Origin: Hydrolagus affinis
Taxonomy: Eukaryota
Assembly: GCA_012026655.1 (NCBI GenBank)
Contig: JAAILG010000480.1
Span: 1 to 64,000, forward strand
Direction: 5' to 3'
DNA: 64,000 bases
Shown: positions 61,663 to 64,000 of the stretch, one piece after another
How the letters are laid out: every line of letters starts with the position of its first letter
Numbering within the stretch: the stretch's first letter is position 1
Position numbers and translations under genes: made by a program
Notes under the pieces: model-generated
Databases searched by the model: none
Seen by the model: only the letters and a program-made list of their open reading frames with translations
Told to the model about the DNA's origin: nothing

Positions 61663-62839
61663 TCTACAACTTGCCCCACAAACACCCATGAAATGAATGA
61701 CCAATTTTATTATTGGACGATGACACCAGAAGAAACTCCCTTTCCTCTTTGAATAGTGCGATGGGATGTTTATTGTCCATTTGAACAGAGAGACAAGATG
61801 TTCGGTTTAACATCTCATCCAAAACAAGCTGTTCCAGTCCTTTATTTGTCCTCTGAGTAAAGAATAACATCCTGATATCTCACCAGATATTGTTTCTCAC
61901 AACTCTACACCTACATCCTTTTGTTCTACTATTTTATTCATGGATTTTCTATCCATCAAGATCGCTGGCAGTATCCAGTAGAAACAGTAATAACAATAAT
62001 CCATGCATTTGATATATTGCCTTATCATGTTGTTGAGAAGTCTCAAAGGACTTCAAAGTACAGTATGTGCTGTAAATGAAATTGACTGTATATTTTGTGG
62101 GCGAAATGCTTGATGAAAACCCATTACGTGCAGCAAAACTTCCTGAAGTCTGTGCCTGCCCCATGGGTGGGAGTTCATCTCCACTCTGTACCAAAGACTG
62201 GGCTGTGTCTTATTCCCGAAGTCCACAGCCTGCATGCTATCTCCTCAGCTTTTCTGTTTTCAAATTCACTCTTTAAAGTACGGTGTTTTTTTGACAAATT
62301 CTGATTGTGTTGCTGTGTCTGTCCGCTGTAGTGTCTGAGAATCCAGCCTCACACACAATCATCCCACAGAATACCACTCTGCGATAAGGAGGAAAAGAAC
62401 GAAACAACCTAAAAATGTATCAGGGTGGTGAACAATCAAGCATCTGCAAGGTCATGTAGACATCCACCAGTCCCATATTAGTGAGAACATGGTGTGACAG
62501 GAAAGATGCTCTAATCTGACAGACATCAGAGCTAGAGGGTGAGTGTAAAACAATTAAACATTCATTAAACAAAATAATCGGGAGGATTGGTGCCTGCCAG
62601 TGATGTCGTTTGGGATCCAGTACCTAGGTTTACATGCAACAATCCTCTTAGGCCAGGGAACATTTTATCTTTGCATTCCTGGCTAAGGAAAAGCTAGGCT
62701 AACCCTTGCGCACCATTTCCTTGTCTGCAGTTGTTCATTTTTATTCCTCTCTCCCTAGTCACAAAGGTCATCTCAACCTAGTTCGAGCCTCACTTAATTA
62801 TACACCTGTCAGCAGGAGTCAAGGTTAAAGAGGGTACAG

Positions 62840-63010
62840 TGTGCTGTAGGATAGTGGTTAGAGTACAGCCTTGCAAGCGAAAGGTCCCGGGTTCGACTCC
62901 CAGGCAGGGCAAAACTTTAAGCAAGTTTCTTACTCCACATGCCTCTATTCACCTTTCAGTTAGTAGGAACGCAATTGTTAGTTGATTGCTGGATCACTTT
63001 CCAGGAATAA
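62840..63010 (+). mobile_element. SINE 5' half with well-preserved A/B boxes
   Basis: taggatagtggttagag...gcgaaaggtcccgggttcgactcccagg, followed by the family body. Confidence 0.8.
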
Positions 63011-63459
63011 CAGAACTATTTGTCATATTACCCGCTCTGGTACCCCCTCTTAAATGACATTGATTTACTTAAGACTAACGTGTTTTTACCCCACAGCAGA
63101 GCACTTACAGGAGGCAGCAACACTGAACTCAGTTTGTTGGCTCTAAGTGGTTTTATGGTTAAGTTCCACCTTTAGCCTATCTGTGGGCTGTTCTGGGGAG
63201 TGGTACCAGTCCGTATGGGTACATCTTGAGACCCAGTAATCCATCCGCATAAACTATTGACAAATTACAGTGACAACAGTCAGGAGCACCTGGTGATCAA
63301 GTTTGTCTGTGTGACACCCCAACTATGCACCCCAATGCCCTCCTCATTCAAATCCCGCCTAAAGACCCCTTGCTCGTTGTCAGACTTTGCGACTATGAAG
63401 TGCTGTGGGACGCTACCCCCTTTGAAGGGCGCTACATAAATGCAAGTTGTTGTTATGTA

Positions 63460-63690
63460 ATGTCTAACCATATGGTGTCCGATCATCTAATTTCTGACCA
63501 CATGCCACCCAACCATATGACTTCTGACCATGTGAAATCTGATCATATGTTGTCTGACCATGTGGCAGGTGGCCTTGTTATGATGAACTGTGATTAGAAC
63601 TGTTGATGCCCAACCATGTGATATCCAATCACATGATTCCCAATCACAGGAAACCCGATCACATGACACCTAACCATGTGGCATCTGACT
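63460..63690. repeat. Degenerate 15 bp tandem repeat in two blocks, most units carrying an E-box
   Basis: Unit ~tctgacCATATGnnn. Hexamers start at 63469, 63484, 63499, 63514, 63529, 63544, 63559 and at 63615, 63630, 63645, 63660, 63675. Confidence 0.85.
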
Positions 63691-64000
63691 TGCTGAAAAC
63701 AACACAATCAAACGCCTATATCCACAGAGTATAATGTTTAAGCAGATCTGCTCCTGGCTTTGGATCTCAAGCACTCTGTGCAGGATCAGACTGGCTCACA
63801 GCCAGTGTTAGAGGGGATTTGTAGGATTCCTTTATGATGAAGGGTCAGTTTGTTGCTCTGTGTTTGTCTTCTCTGTTTTGCATTCAGACCTTTGTAAACA
63901 TCGCAAAGGTCCACGAGGGAGGGAGTTGGATGCAACTGGGCTTTGCCTCAGCTAATCAGACCATTTTGTCTTAGATCCTGCAGAATGTGGAAAACTCCTT

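Noticed and set aside
63325-63597. ORF with SDHM pentapeptide repeats
   Set aside because: Translation of the 15 bp minisatellite; the ORF starts inside an L2 tail.

Overview
Vertebrate genomic DNA, most likely from a cartilaginous fish. That assignment is inferred from the repeat landscape (tRNA-derived/Deu-type SINEs, L2, CR1, shark-type Penelope) and the compact introns. The window holds the conserved FBXO7-SYN3-TIMP3 block. The last three coding exons of FBXO7 lie on + (437-3037), tail-to-tail with ten coding exons of synapsin III on - (60822 down to 7384; 5' exons lie beyond the window). A complete 5-exon TIMP3 (+, CDS 38319-52923, 214 aa) is nested antisense in the 36 kb SYN3 intron 20293-56325. 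All exon boundaries were read by hand; all are GT-AG and keep frame. Most ORF-track entries are spurious or retroelement debris. The most notable observations are: (1) six apparently independent insertions of L2 or SINE 3' ends into the same ~20 bp hairpin of the local SINE tail; (2) a minimal type I hammerhead ribozyme fold in a Penelope relic; (3) a 15 bp-period E-box array in a SYN3 intron; (4) a cluster of miR-21/181/1/221 seed sites and an AGTAAA signal in the TIMP3 3' UTR; (5) an altered F-box LP signature and loss of the RFDP motif in FBXO7; (6) relic copies of a SYN3 splice-acceptor region. I see no convincing new protein-coding system. Comparisons with human sequences are from memory and need alignment.
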